A stretch of DNA of 64,000 nt, from positions 112-64,111 of the forward strand of contig CAYXQN010000001.1 of the NCBI GenBank assembly GCA_964466825.1. The letters are read 5' to 3'. Shown in pieces: positions 19,198 to 28,155 of this stretch. A program made the translations under genes and the position numbers. The stretch comes from an uncultured Faecalibacterium sp. (GTDB lineage Bacteria; Bacillota; Clostridia; Oscillospirales; Ruminococcaceae). Below the pieces are notes generated by a model. The model was not told the DNA's origin, made no database searches, and saw nothing but the letters and a program-made list of their open reading frames with translations. Numbering within the stretch: the first letter of the stretch is position 1; each line of letters opens with the position of its first letter.

Positions 19198-20214
19198 TTA
19201 CTGATAATCGTGATTCAGGAACATTGCCTTGATGACCACGACCTCATCGTATTCTTCCTGGTCCACCTGCACATCGGCGTTCAGCTCCTTCAGGCGGGCT
19301 TTGACTGCCTCCAGTGCCTGGGGAACGGTAAACGCTCTGCCCTCCTCCAGCGCATCCATCATCTGCTTGAGCACGACGGGATGTGCGTAATAGCCCGGCA
19401 CCGGGAATGTGCCATGCGCATACTTTTTGACATACTCCGCCATAGCCTGCTCTGCCTTGTCTGCACGCTTCATGATAGCGGCATTGTTGTTGCGGGCAGT
19501 GGGCAGCATACTGTAGCTGGAGAACAGGAAGATGGCCGCAAAACCAAACAGCGCAAAGTAAATACCATAGCTGCCGGTCCCGTTCAGCAGCGAGACCACA
19601 CCATACACCGCTGCCGCAATGCCCAGCAGGAAGATAGCCAGTGCCACATAACGGTAAGCAGGCTTGCTTTGCAGCTGTGCACGCTTACGCCGCTGGGCAT
19701 CGCTCAACTCATCTGCCAGCTCCGGCTTTGCGTCCAGATGTTCCTTTGCTTTTTTCAGCACCGACATACTGTGACGGGCTTCCTCACTCAGCACAGGCAG
19801 CTTGCGGGCAGCACGCTCTGCTTCCCGCTTGGCCAGCGCTTCTTCACCCGCTGCGCTCAGACGGCGGATCTGCGGCTGTTCGTTTGCCAGAACTTCCAAC
19901 AGACGGTCCACATCCTGCTCATACTTAAAGTTGCACTGCTTCTGCTTGCCGTTGTCGTACTCCACCACAAGGTATGCCATAGAGGCAAACATCCCTTTGC
20001 CGGTAAAGCCGCCCTTGCTCATCGCCACACGCTTGTACACACGGGAGATGCTGCCAAAGGGCAGATAGTAGCGGCGGTCAATGTAAAAGCTGTTGAGATA
20101 CAACGCCTTTTTGCCAACGCCGCAGGGGCCGATCTTCCGGCAGGACTTTTTGTCCTGTTCCAGCTCGGCAGTGTCCAGAGTTGCCAGTCCCAACTGTGCA
20201 GGTTTGAAGATCAT
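19198..20214 (-). CDS. Conserved hypothetical membrane protein (soluble N-domain, two TM helices, helical C-domain)
   Basis: Long ORF with host-like codon usage, RBS AAGAAGGGA, downstream terminator at 19161-19191. Confidence 0.75.
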   Translation of the reverse strand: MIFKPAQLGLATLDTAELEQDKKSCRKIGPCGVGKKALYLNSFYIDRRYYLPFGSISRVYKRVAMSKGGFTGKGMFASMAYLVVEYDNGKQKQCNFKYEQDVDRLLEVLANEQPQIRRLSAAGEEALAKREAERAARKLPVLSEEARHSMSVLKKAKEHLDAKPELADELSDAQRRKRAQLQSKPAYRYVALAIFLLGIAAAVYGVVSLLNGTGSYGIYFALFGFAAIFLFSSYSMLPTARNNNAAIMKRADKAEQAMAEYVKKYAHGTFPVPGYYAHPVVLKQMMDALEEGRAFTVPQALEAVKARLKELNADVQVDQEEYDEVVVIKAMFLNHDYQ

Positions 20215-20363
20215 GGAAGTTCCCTTCTTTTTTATAAAATTTAATTTTATTTTCTCACCGATGCCGCCAAAACGCAAGGGTTTTGGAACAACAAAACCCC
20301 GCTGCTGTCGATGAAGACAGCAGCGGGGCATAGTTCAGGTTCTAGCTGCTGCGCAGAAAGAAG

Positions 20364-21863
20364 TTATGCCTTCTTTGCAGTTTCCTTCTTGGTTGCCCAG
20401 ATGAACAGAGCCAGCATTGCAACTGCAAAGATCACACCAACCGGGTAAGCCACAGCGGTGTTGTAAACGGTCACGCCGTCCACAGTCTTGTTGATCATGC
20501 CGCCCAGGCACTCAGGTGCCAGGATAAAGTAAGTAGCAGACACAGCACTCATAAAGGTTGCGGGAACAGCGGTGATCCAGTAGTTCTTCTTGTCCTTGAA
20601 CAGGTACATGGAAGCTGCCCACAGAACGATCATAGCCAGAGTCTGGTTGGTCCAGCTGAAATAACGCCAGATGATGGTGTAGTCGATGAAGCCCAGTGCG
20701 TTGCCGATGCCCAGAACGGCGCCGACACCCAGAACGGGGATGCAGAGCTTCAGGCGGTTCTGCCAGCTGTTCTGGTCGATCTTAAGCCAGTCGGCCAGGG
20801 TCAGACGAGCGGAACGGAAGGCGGTATCGCCAGAGGTGATGGGGCAGACAACAACGCCGATCATTGCCAGAGCAATGCCGATGCCGCCCATGGTCTTGGA
20901 GCAAACGTCATAGATCGCTGCAGACTGACCGCCTGCCAGAACTGCTGCCAGACCGGTGTTCAGACCACCAGTGGTCTCGTACAGAGCGCAGCCAGCAGCT
21001 GCCCAGATCAGAGCAATGACACCCTCGCAGACCATTGCGCCGTAGAAGACGAAGTGGCCCTGCTTCTCACTCTTCAGGCAGCGAGCCATCAGAGGAGACT
21101 GGGTGGAATGGAAACCGGAAATAGCGCCGCAGGCGACGGTGATGAACATAAAGCTCCAGATCGGAGTTCCGGAAGGATGCATGCTGCCAAAGTGCTCCCA
21201 AATCTCCGGGATGGTGTAGGCGGGGTTGGTATAGATACCAAAGATAACGCCGATCGCCATGATGATCAGGCAGATGCCGAACAGAGGATAGATCTTACCG
21301 ATGACTGCATCGATGGAGATAAAGGTAGCGATAAAGTAGTACACCAGGATGATGATCAGCCAGAACAGCGTCTGGGTCAGAACGCCATCCATGCCGCTGT
21401 TCTTGCACAGGGTCACGATCAGACCTGCGGGGCCGACTGCAAACACGGTACCGACCATGATCAGCAGCACGACCGAGAACACACGCATGACATTCTGCAT
21501 GACAGGCCCCAGATACTTACCGGTGATCTCAGCGATGGAAGCGCCGTCGTTGCGCTCGCTCATCATACCGGAGAAGTAGTCATGGACACCGCCTGCAAAG
21601 ATGGTGCCGAAGGTGATCCACAGGAACACCACAGGGCCCCACAATGCACCCTGCAATGCACCAAAGATGGGGCCCAGACCTGCGATATTCAGCAGCTGGA
21701 CCAGGAACAACTTCCACTGAGGCATCACAACGTAGTCAACACCGTCGTTGATGCGCACAGCCGGAGTCTCACGGTCATCCGGGCCAAATGTGTTGTCAAC
21801 GATCTTGCCGTAGACAACGTAGCCGCCGATCAAGAGCGCCAGACAGAGTAGGAAACTAATCAT
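20364..21863 (-). CDS. cstA: Carbon starvation protein A family transporter
   Basis: NIAGLGPIFG, GGVHDY, ACGAISGFHSTQ, ITSGDTAFRSAR and W.NQTLA motifs. Confidence 0.93.
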   Translation of the reverse strand: MISFLLCLALLIGGYVVYGKIVDNTFGPDDRETPAVRINDGVDYVVMPQWKLFLVQLLNIAGLGPIFGALQGALWGPVVFLWITFGTIFAGGVHDYFSGMMSERNDGASIAEITGKYLGPVMQNVMRVFSVVLLIMVGTVFAVGPAGLIVTLCKNSGMDGVLTQTLFWLIIILVYYFIATFISIDAVIGKIYPLFGICLIIMAIGVIFGIYTNPAYTIPEIWEHFGSMHPSGTPIWSFMFITVACGAISGFHSTQSPLMARCLKSEKQGHFVFYGAMVCEGVIALIWAAAGCALYETTGGLNTGLAAVLAGGQSAAIYDVCSKTMGGIGIALAMIGVVVCPITSGDTAFRSARLTLADWLKIDQNSWQNRLKLCIPVLGVGAVLGIGNALGFIDYTIIWRYFSWTNQTLAMIVLWAASMYLFKDKKNYWITAVPATFMSAVSATYFILAPECLGGMINKTVDGVTVYNTAVAYPVGVIFAVAMLALFIWATKKETAKKA

Positions 21864-22334
21864 ACAAAAACCTCCTTTTGGAATTTGCCGTCAACAGCTA
21901 TTCAGCCTGCTTGACAGCTTCGACTGAACTCTAGGCTTATGTTAACACTTTTTTCATGTTTTTGATAATATATATCCGGTATATCGCACATATCAAAAAG
22001 TATATACCAGTGTCACCCATCCAGTCATTTTGTATCACAGTTTTCTCGTTGATTCGCAAGATTTATCTTTCAGGAGGAATTATTGTTATTCCATTAACGA
22101 CAATACAACCGCTCCCAAATTTTCCCGCCGCTTTTTGTGCACAATTACGGCCCTTCCCGGGAAATCTCCCAAGTTCCGCAATTTTTCCATCATCCCGTTC
22201 CATTTTCGTTTCTTTTGCAGGAATACAACGCTCCTGAAAAGTCATTGTGCATTTTGCTCACACAAAAAACTCCCCCGGGACGGGGGAGTTTTGCAAACAC
22301 AGTTCCCTTGTTTTGTTTTTGTCCTGAACCGTGC

Positions 22335-23246
22335 TCAGATGGCTGTCGCTGCCTGACGGCGAAGCAATTCCACAAACGTTTCTTCCTCCGGGCGCAGACC
22401 GCTTTGCGCCGGATAGACCAGAACATCCTTCATGCGGCGGCACTGCTCCGGGCAGCTCTTGAGCACCAGCTGATATTGTTCCAACGCCCTTTGCGGCATA
22501 GGGGACACCCACATATAAGCATCCGGCAGATTTTGCAAAATGGAAAACTGGCTGCAGCGCTCGTAAACATATACCCTGCGGCGCGAGTCCGCTTCTTCTC
22601 GTATTGCACTGCCTTCCTCACCCGGCATCAAAAAGTTGCCGTGCAGGATCTGGGTATAATCATTCAGCTCTGCAAGCGTTTTGATCTCCCGCTTTGCCAG
22701 CAGCCCGGTACGGCTGGTCAGCAGCCGGTACTCAAACTCCAAGATCGCCTCCTGTCGCAGCCCATGGTGCTGGCAGTACCTCCGAAAATAATCCTCGTCT
22801 TCTTCGTCGTAGCGCAGCAGCGCCATATGATAGCCCTGCCGCTGCACACAGTCCAGTGCCTCGTTTGCGCCGCCCTCCCGCAGATAGATCTGCAGCTCCG
22901 GGCTTTGCACCTGCTTCAAAAAATCCACCGCCGCATAGGACGCATAGGTAGCATGCGGGATCACCACCCGCAGCTCGGTATAACCGCCCTGCTGGCGGCG
23001 GGCATCTGCCTCCAGCCGGTCGATCTCCTCCAGCACTTTCTGTGCGTGTTCAATAAACCGCTCGCCCTGTTCCGTTGGGATCATACCGGTGGAGGACCGA
23101 TCAAAAATACGCAGATCGTACTCTGCCTCCAGGTTCTTCAGCGCTTTGCTCATATTGGGCTGGGCAACGTACAGCTGCTTTGCCGCCGCACTCACCGACC
23201 CAAATTTCCGGATCGCCACAAGGTAGCGCAGCTCGGTAATATTCAT
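22335..23246 (-). CDS. LysR-family transcriptional regulator
   Basis: GSVSAAAKQLYVAQPNMSKALKNLE...IFDR HTH; terminator at 22262-22291. Confidence 0.93.
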   Translation of the reverse strand: MNITELRYLVAIRKFGSVSAAAKQLYVAQPNMSKALKNLEAEYDLRIFDRSSTGMIPTEQGERFIEHAQKVLEEIDRLEADARRQQGGYTELRVVIPHATYASYAAVDFLKQVQSPELQIYLREGGANEALDCVQRQGYHMALLRYDEEDEDYFRRYCQHHGLRQEAILEFEYRLLTSRTGLLAKREIKTLAELNDYTQILHGNFLMPGEEGSAIREEADSRRRVYVYERCSQFSILQNLPDAYMWVSPMPQRALEQYQLVLKSCPEQCRRMKDVLVYPAQSGLRPEEETFVELLRRQAATAI

Positions 23247-23352
23247 GGAGCATCCCTCCTGTTCTGTGTTGATTTTATTCTAGCCTCTTTGCATCAAAGC
23301 GTCAACCGGTCAGCTTTGAGAAACAGGCCTTGCCGCAAATGCTCCTCCCCTG

Positions 23353-23381
23353 TTGACGGTAGAGATTTTGCGTTCTATAAT
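23353..23381 (+). promoter_or_regulatory. Sigma-A promoter TTGACG-17-TATAAT
   Basis: Near-consensus hexamers upstream of the 23412 operon, divergent from the LysR gene. Confidence 0.75.
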
Positions 23382-23411
23382 AAACACAACAACATCAAGG
23401 AGGAGCCAGTG

Positions 23412-23627
23412 ATGGAGCATTTTCGGGTCTTGCGCATCGACGAACAGATGTATGGCTGTGAGGAACTGCCCGAGGGACAGCCGGTGTTGTGCGACCTGCT
23501 GCTGGAAGCTGAAGACGGCAGCCGCCGCACCCTCGCCTACCCGGATAAAAAGCTGACCGTTCTTGGCATCGACGAAGGCGATACGGTTCTGTTGCAGGCT
23601 GATGGCACCCTGAAAAAGCATGGCTGA
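23412..23627 (+). CDS. Small 71-aa hypothetical protein
   Basis: RBS AAGGAGGAG; MEHFRVLRIDEQMYGCEELPEG...; the 3' end of the 22137..23627 ORF. Confidence 0.75.
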   Translation: MEHFRVLRIDEQMYGCEELPEGQPVLCDLLLEAEDGSRRTLAYPDKKLTVLGIDEGDTVLLQADGTLKKHG

Positions 23628-23664
23628 ACCGCCCCCAACGGACGAAAAAAGGAGGACTTTTTCT

Positions 23665-24567
23665 ATGAGACCCATCCAATCTTCCGCATTGATCGGTCTG
23701 GGTGCGCTGGGCATCCTGTTCGGCCGCAAAATGCCCGGCGTGCAGGTCATCGCTCAGCCCGATCGCATCGCACGCTATGCCGCCGAGCCGGTCATCTGCA
23801 ACGGCGAGGAATGTTCGTTCCGGTATGTTACTCCCGCCGAGGGCAAGCCGGTGGATCTGCTGCTCGTCGCAGTCAAGGCAACTGCGCTGGACGCTGCTCT
23901 GCCCGATCTGCGCAATTTCATCGGGGAAGACACCATCATCCTCAGCGTACTCAACGGCATCCAGAGCGAGGAGCGCATCGAGGCCATGTACCCCGGCCAC
24001 ACCCTGTGGAGCGTCGCTGTTGGCATGGATGCCACCCGCAAGGGCCGTACCTTGAGTTTTGCTTCGGCGGGCGAGATCCAGTTTGGCGAAAAGAATGGCG
24101 AGATGTCCCTGCGGGTACAGGCCGTGGCGGAGTATCTGACCGCCTGCGGTATCCAGAACGACCCCTGTTCCGACATTCTTTATAAGCAGTGGCTCAAACT
24201 GATGGTCAATGACGGCCTGAATCAGGCCACCGCCGTATTCGATCTGCCCTACGGCGGCATCATGCAGCCGGGTGAACCATTCGACACCATGCTTGCCGCC
24301 ATGCGGGAAGTCATCCGGCTGGCCAACGCCGAAGGCGTTCCCCTGCCTGCAGACTCTGCCGAAAACTTTCTCCGGGCCACCATGCACAATTTTGACCCCG
24401 AGGGAATGCCCAGTATGCGGCAGGACGTACTTGCCAAACGCCCCACCGAGGTGGAGGAGTTTGCCGGCGTGGTACGGCAGCTGTCTCAAAAGCACGGCCT
24501 GCCCTGCCCGACCAATGATTTTTTCTATGACCGCCTCCACCAGATCGAAGCCGGTTATCACCACTGA
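23665..24567 (+). CDS. panE: Ketopantoate reductase family (PanE/ApbA)
   Basis: GLGALG, AVK, LNGI, WLKL..N and SMRQD...RPTEVE motifs. Confidence 0.85.
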   Translation: MRPIQSSALIGLGALGILFGRKMPGVQVIAQPDRIARYAAEPVICNGEECSFRYVTPAEGKPVDLLLVAVKATALDAALPDLRNFIGEDTIILSVLNGIQSEERIEAMYPGHTLWSVAVGMDATRKGRTLSFASAGEIQFGEKNGEMSLRVQAVAEYLTACGIQNDPCSDILYKQWLKLMVNDGLNQATAVFDLPYGGIMQPGEPFDTMLAAMREVIRLANAEGVPLPADSAENFLRATMHNFDPEGMPSMRQDVLAKRPTEVEEFAGVVRQLSQKHGLPCPTNDFFYDRLHQIEAGYHH

Positions 24568-24576
24568 GGAGGGCGT

Positions 24577-25119
24577 ATGCACAAACTGTATTTTACCCGA
24601 CACGGTGAGACCGTGTGGAACGTAGAAAACAAGATCTGCGGCATGACTGACAGTCCCCTGACCGAGCGCGGCCGCCAGCAGGCCGCCGCCCTGGGACAAA
24701 AGGTCCGGGCCAGCGGGCTGCAGATCGACGAGATCCTCTACTCGCCCCTGTCCCGTGCGGCAGACACCGCCCAGGCCATTGCAGCCGCCACCGGTCTCCC
24801 GGCCCGCTGCGAGCCACGGCTGCGGGAACAGTGCTTTGGCCGATACGAAGGCACCCCCCGCAATGGCACAGCCTTTCTGCAGTCCAAAACGCATTTTGCA
24901 GACCGTTACGGCAATGGCGAAAGCATGATGCAGCTTGCCCAGCGCATCTACAATCTGCTGGATGAGCTGAAGGCTCAGCCGGATAAAACCTACCTTCTGG
25001 TGGCCCACAACGGCATTGCCCGGGTGGTGGAATCCTACTTTCACGACATGACCAACGAACAGTACGCTATGGCTGGCATCCGCAACTGTCAGTTGGTGGA
25101 GTACGAGTTCGAGCACTAA
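24577..25119 (+). CDS. Histidine phosphatase (phosphoglycerate mutase) family protein
   Basis: RHGET, SPLSRA, LRE, GES and VAHNG motifs. Confidence 0.9.
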   Translation: MHKLYFTRHGETVWNVENKICGMTDSPLTERGRQQAAALGQKVRASGLQIDEILYSPLSRAADTAQAIAAATGLPARCEPRLREQCFGRYEGTPRNGTAFLQSKTHFADRYGNGESMMQLAQRIYNLLDELKAQPDKTYLLVAHNGIARVVESYFHDMTNEQYAMAGIRNCQLVEYEFEH

Positions 25120-25144
25120 AATTTAATTTTTTCTGCGCAGTTTT

Positions 25145-25189
25145 TAACAAAAAGAGCGGCTTGACACAAAGCCGCTCTTTTGTTATAAT
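25145..25189 (+). promoter_or_regulatory. Consensus promoter TTGACA-17-TATAAT (extended -10) embedded in a long inverted repeat
   Basis: -35 at 25161-66 and -10 at 25184-89; arms TAACAAAAAGAGCGGCTT / AAGCCGCTCTTTTGTTA. Confidence 0.8.
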
Positions 25190-25194
25190 TTTCC

Positions 25195-25346
25195 CGGTCA
25201 TCGGAGGACCGTTTTCAACGTAATTGAAACGGCCCGGATAAGATGCCGTGCAGACAGCGCTCCACCGGAGGTCTTGTTGCCGTAGCAGCAAGGTAGAAAA
25301 GGCCGGGCGTGTACACGGAATTCTTGTCCGGGTCGTTTTTCTTTTT
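25195..25346 (+). ncRNA. Structured 5' leader (candidate attenuator/riboswitch) of the MATE gene
   Basis: 17-bp helix 25227-43/25322-38 followed by a U tract, enclosing a branched domain; competing hairpin 25209-25232. Confidence 0.55.
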
Positions 25347-25368
25347 GTTATTTTTACAAGGAGTATTT

Positions 25369-26718
25369 ATGAACAAGCAACCTATTCAGCTGTCCGATCA
25401 TTTCACCTATTCCCGTCTGGTACAATTTGTTCTGCCCTGCATCGGCACCATGTTGTTCACCTCCATCTACGGCATCGTGGACGGTCTGTGTGTGTCCAAC
25501 TTTGTGGGCAAGACCGCCTTTGCAGCGGTCAATTTTATTATGCCGCTGCCCATGCTGCTGGGTGCTGTAGGCTTTATGCTGGGTACCGGCGGCAGCGCCA
25601 TCGTCGGCATCACTCTAGGTGAGGGCGACGAGAAAAAAGCAAACCGCTTTTTCACCCTGTTTGTGTTGGCGGCAGTCGTAGCCAGCAGCGTACTGGCTGT
25701 TCTGGGCGTCCTCTTTCTGCGCCCTGTTGCCATCCTGATGGGCGCCGAGGGCGAAATGCTGGAATACGCTGTGCGTTACGGCCGCATCCTGATGATCTCC
25801 ATGCCCACCTATGCGCTGCAGAATATGTTCCAGAGCTTTTTTGTTACCGCTGAAAAGCCTAACCTCGGTTTCCTGGTCACGCTGGCAGCCGGCTGCACCA
25901 ACATCCTGCTGGACATCCTGTTCGTCGGCGTGCTTGGCTGGAGCGTGGAGGGCGCCGCCATTGCCACCTTTATCAGCCAGATCGTAGGCGGTGTGATCCC
26001 GCTGTTCTATTTCCTCAACCACAAAAACTCCAGCCGCCTGCACCTGTGCAAGACCCAGTTCCATGGCAGCGTTCTGAAGAATGCCTGCATCAACGGCTCC
26101 TCCGAATTGATGACCAACCTCTCCTCCTCGCTGGTGAATATCCTCTACAACTACCAGCTCATGCGCTTCGTAGGCGAGGACGGCGTGTCCGCTTATGGCG
26201 TTATCATGTATGCTGCCTTCCTGTTTGTAGCTGTGTTCGTTGGATATGCCGTCGGCAGCGCACCGCTGGTGAGCTATCATTACGGTGCACGCAATCATGC
26301 TGAGCTGAACAACCTATACACCAAGAGTCTCAAGCTCATTGGGATGGTCGCCGTGGTCATGACCGGCATTGCCATGCTGCTGATCCCCACCGTATCCCGC
26401 ATCTTTGTGGGTTACGATGCCGACCTGCTGGCCCTGACCATCCGGGCATTCCGTCTGTATGGGTTGAGTTTCCTCATTATGGGCTTTAACGTGTATGCAT
26501 CGTCCTTCTTTACTGCGCTGGGCGACGGCGTGACCAGTGCCCTGATCTCTTTCCTGCGCACCCTGCTGTTCCAGCTTGCCGCCGTTCTGATCCTGCCGGA
26601 GCTCCTTGGCATCGACGGTGTCTGGCTCGCTATTACCGTTGCCGAAGGCATGGCTTTGGTGGTGAGCATTTTCATGCTTCTCACCAAGGACAAGGTGTTC
26701 CACTATCGCAAAATCTGA
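25369..26718 (+). CDS. MATE family efflux transporter (MepA-like)
   Basis: MLFTSIYGIVDG..VSNFVG motif, about 12 TM; RBS AAGGAG. Confidence 0.92.
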   Translation: MNKQPIQLSDHFTYSRLVQFVLPCIGTMLFTSIYGIVDGLCVSNFVGKTAFAAVNFIMPLPMLLGAVGFMLGTGGSAIVGITLGEGDEKKANRFFTLFVLAAVVASSVLAVLGVLFLRPVAILMGAEGEMLEYAVRYGRILMISMPTYALQNMFQSFFVTAEKPNLGFLVTLAAGCTNILLDILFVGVLGWSVEGAAIATFISQIVGGVIPLFYFLNHKNSSRLHLCKTQFHGSVLKNACINGSSELMTNLSSSLVNILYNYQLMRFVGEDGVSAYGVIMYAAFLFVAVFVGYAVGSAPLVSYHYGARNHAELNNLYTKSLKLIGMVAVVMTGIAMLLIPTVSRIFVGYDADLLALTIRAFRLYGLSFLIMGFNVYASSFFTALGDGVTSALISFLRTLLFQLAAVLILPELLGIDGVWLAITVAEGMALVVSIFMLLTKDKVFHYRKI

Positions 26719-26845
26719 TCTTTGCCTCCGTTTTTTGCAAAACAGCAAAAAGCGGGGGATTTTTTTGTCTATTATGGCTCTGCCTTCCCGCCGTGAATCG
26801 TGTTAGAATAGGGCTGTCTGCATCTACTTTTTATGAGGTTCATTT

Positions 26846-27583
26846 ATGACCGTTTTTTTGACCAGCAGCCCCTGCGGCTGCCCCCTTGAGCCAAGCTCTG
26901 CTGCGCCCGCACTGGACCAGCGCAATCACCTTGTTACAAACCTGCGGGCTGTCTGGCCGCAGCATCCCATTACGGGCCTTGCCCTCGCTGCCGACCCGCT
27001 GGCCTACGAACAGAACGATGCATTCTGCCGCAGCTTCCGGCAAAGCCTTGCAGATGCCAACCTGCCCCTGACCGATCTGATCCCCTGTGACGCCCGCAAT
27101 CAGGACGAGATCGCCACCCTGCTGCCGCAAAGCGGCTTTTTACTGTTGTGCGGCGGTCATGTTCCCACACAAAATCACTTTTTTGCACAGCTGGGCCTGG
27201 CCGCCCTGCTGCACGATTACCACGGCATCGTGCTGGGCATCAGTGCCGGCTCCATGAACGCCGCACGGCTGGTTTATGCGGCGCCGGAAGAACCCGGCGA
27301 GGCTTCCGACCCGCATTTCTGCCGCTGGCTGCCGGGCCTCGGGCTGACGGACACCCGCATCCTGCCCCACTACCAGTTCATCCGCGGGACCCTGCTGGAT
27401 GGCCAACGCATGGAAGATATTGCCCTTGCCGACAGCCACCGGCATCCCTTTTTAGCCCTGCCGGACGGCTCCTATCTGATGTGCTCGGATGGACATGAGG
27501 CTCTGTATGGAAAAGCCTGGTATTTTACCGGCGGTACTGCCGAGGAGATCAACGAAGACGAAGATGTTCTTCCTCTGCGGTAA
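26846..27583 (+). CDS. Peptidase S51/dipeptidase E-like (class I glutamine amidotransferase-like fold)
   Basis: L.GGH, GISAGS nucleophile and GLGL...ILPHY motifs. Confidence 0.82.
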   Translation: MTVFLTSSPCGCPLEPSSAAPALDQRNHLVTNLRAVWPQHPITGLALAADPLAYEQNDAFCRSFRQSLADANLPLTDLIPCDARNQDEIATLLPQSGFLLLCGGHVPTQNHFFAQLGLAALLHDYHGIVLGISAGSMNAARLVYAAPEEPGEASDPHFCRWLPGLGLTDTRILPHYQFIRGTLLDGQRMEDIALADSHRHPFLALPDGSYLMCSDGHEALYGKAWYFTGGTAEEINEDEDVLPLR

Positions 27584-27636
27584 TGCCCTTATCACAGCAA
27601 AAAAGAGTGCGCATAAAATGCGCACTCTTTTTGTTT

Positions 27637-27974
27637 TCAGCGTACCTTGCCGCAGTTCTTGCAGCTCCGGTCATCAGCAGTATTCAGGGTACGCAGTCCG
27701 GGCAGTACCAGCGTCCGTCCGGCATCGGGTCCACCGGCACAGCCGTTGGTTTGAGCTGCCCCCCCACCTGCTCCACAGTGTCCTTTGTCTGGATGCAAAA
27801 CAGCGCCCCCAATTGCATCTGTTTTGGATTTGCACCCGTAAGGCTTTCCGGCTTTAAGGAACGGAGCTGATCTGCCAACGACTTTTTTCCCATAACAGAT
27901 TGGCCGCACCGCTGACAAAAACGGGTCCCAGCCGCATTTTTGTGTTCACAATTGGGGCAAACAAGCTCTTTCAT
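27637..27974 (-). pseudogene. Double zinc-ribbon protein with a single-base frameshift (or a sequencing error)
   Basis: N-terminal CPNC..FCQRCG; WYCPDC in one frame continues as TLNTADDRSCKNCGKVR* in another (TGC GT ACC; one G missing at about 27692). Confidence 0.75.
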
Positions 27975-28155
27975 ATCTCATTCCTCGCATCTGGCTGCTG
28001 CTACGCCATCAGCGGCCGGCTGCCGCTGCAGAAACGCAGCTCGTTATTATTTTTGTCAATTTGAGGACACCATTTTTTTGACGCTGTCAACCAATTCCTC
28101 TCTCATCCGTAAAAAATCCCCCTTCCGGATCGGAAGGGGGAGCACCGTTTTCAGA

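Noticed and set aside
25260-25300. Purine riboswitch-like UUUCUACC on the minus strand, or a firm guanidine-IV call
   Set aside because: The purine-like match is antisense to the gene and lacks the loop consensus. The guanidine-IV match is partial and in the wrong position.
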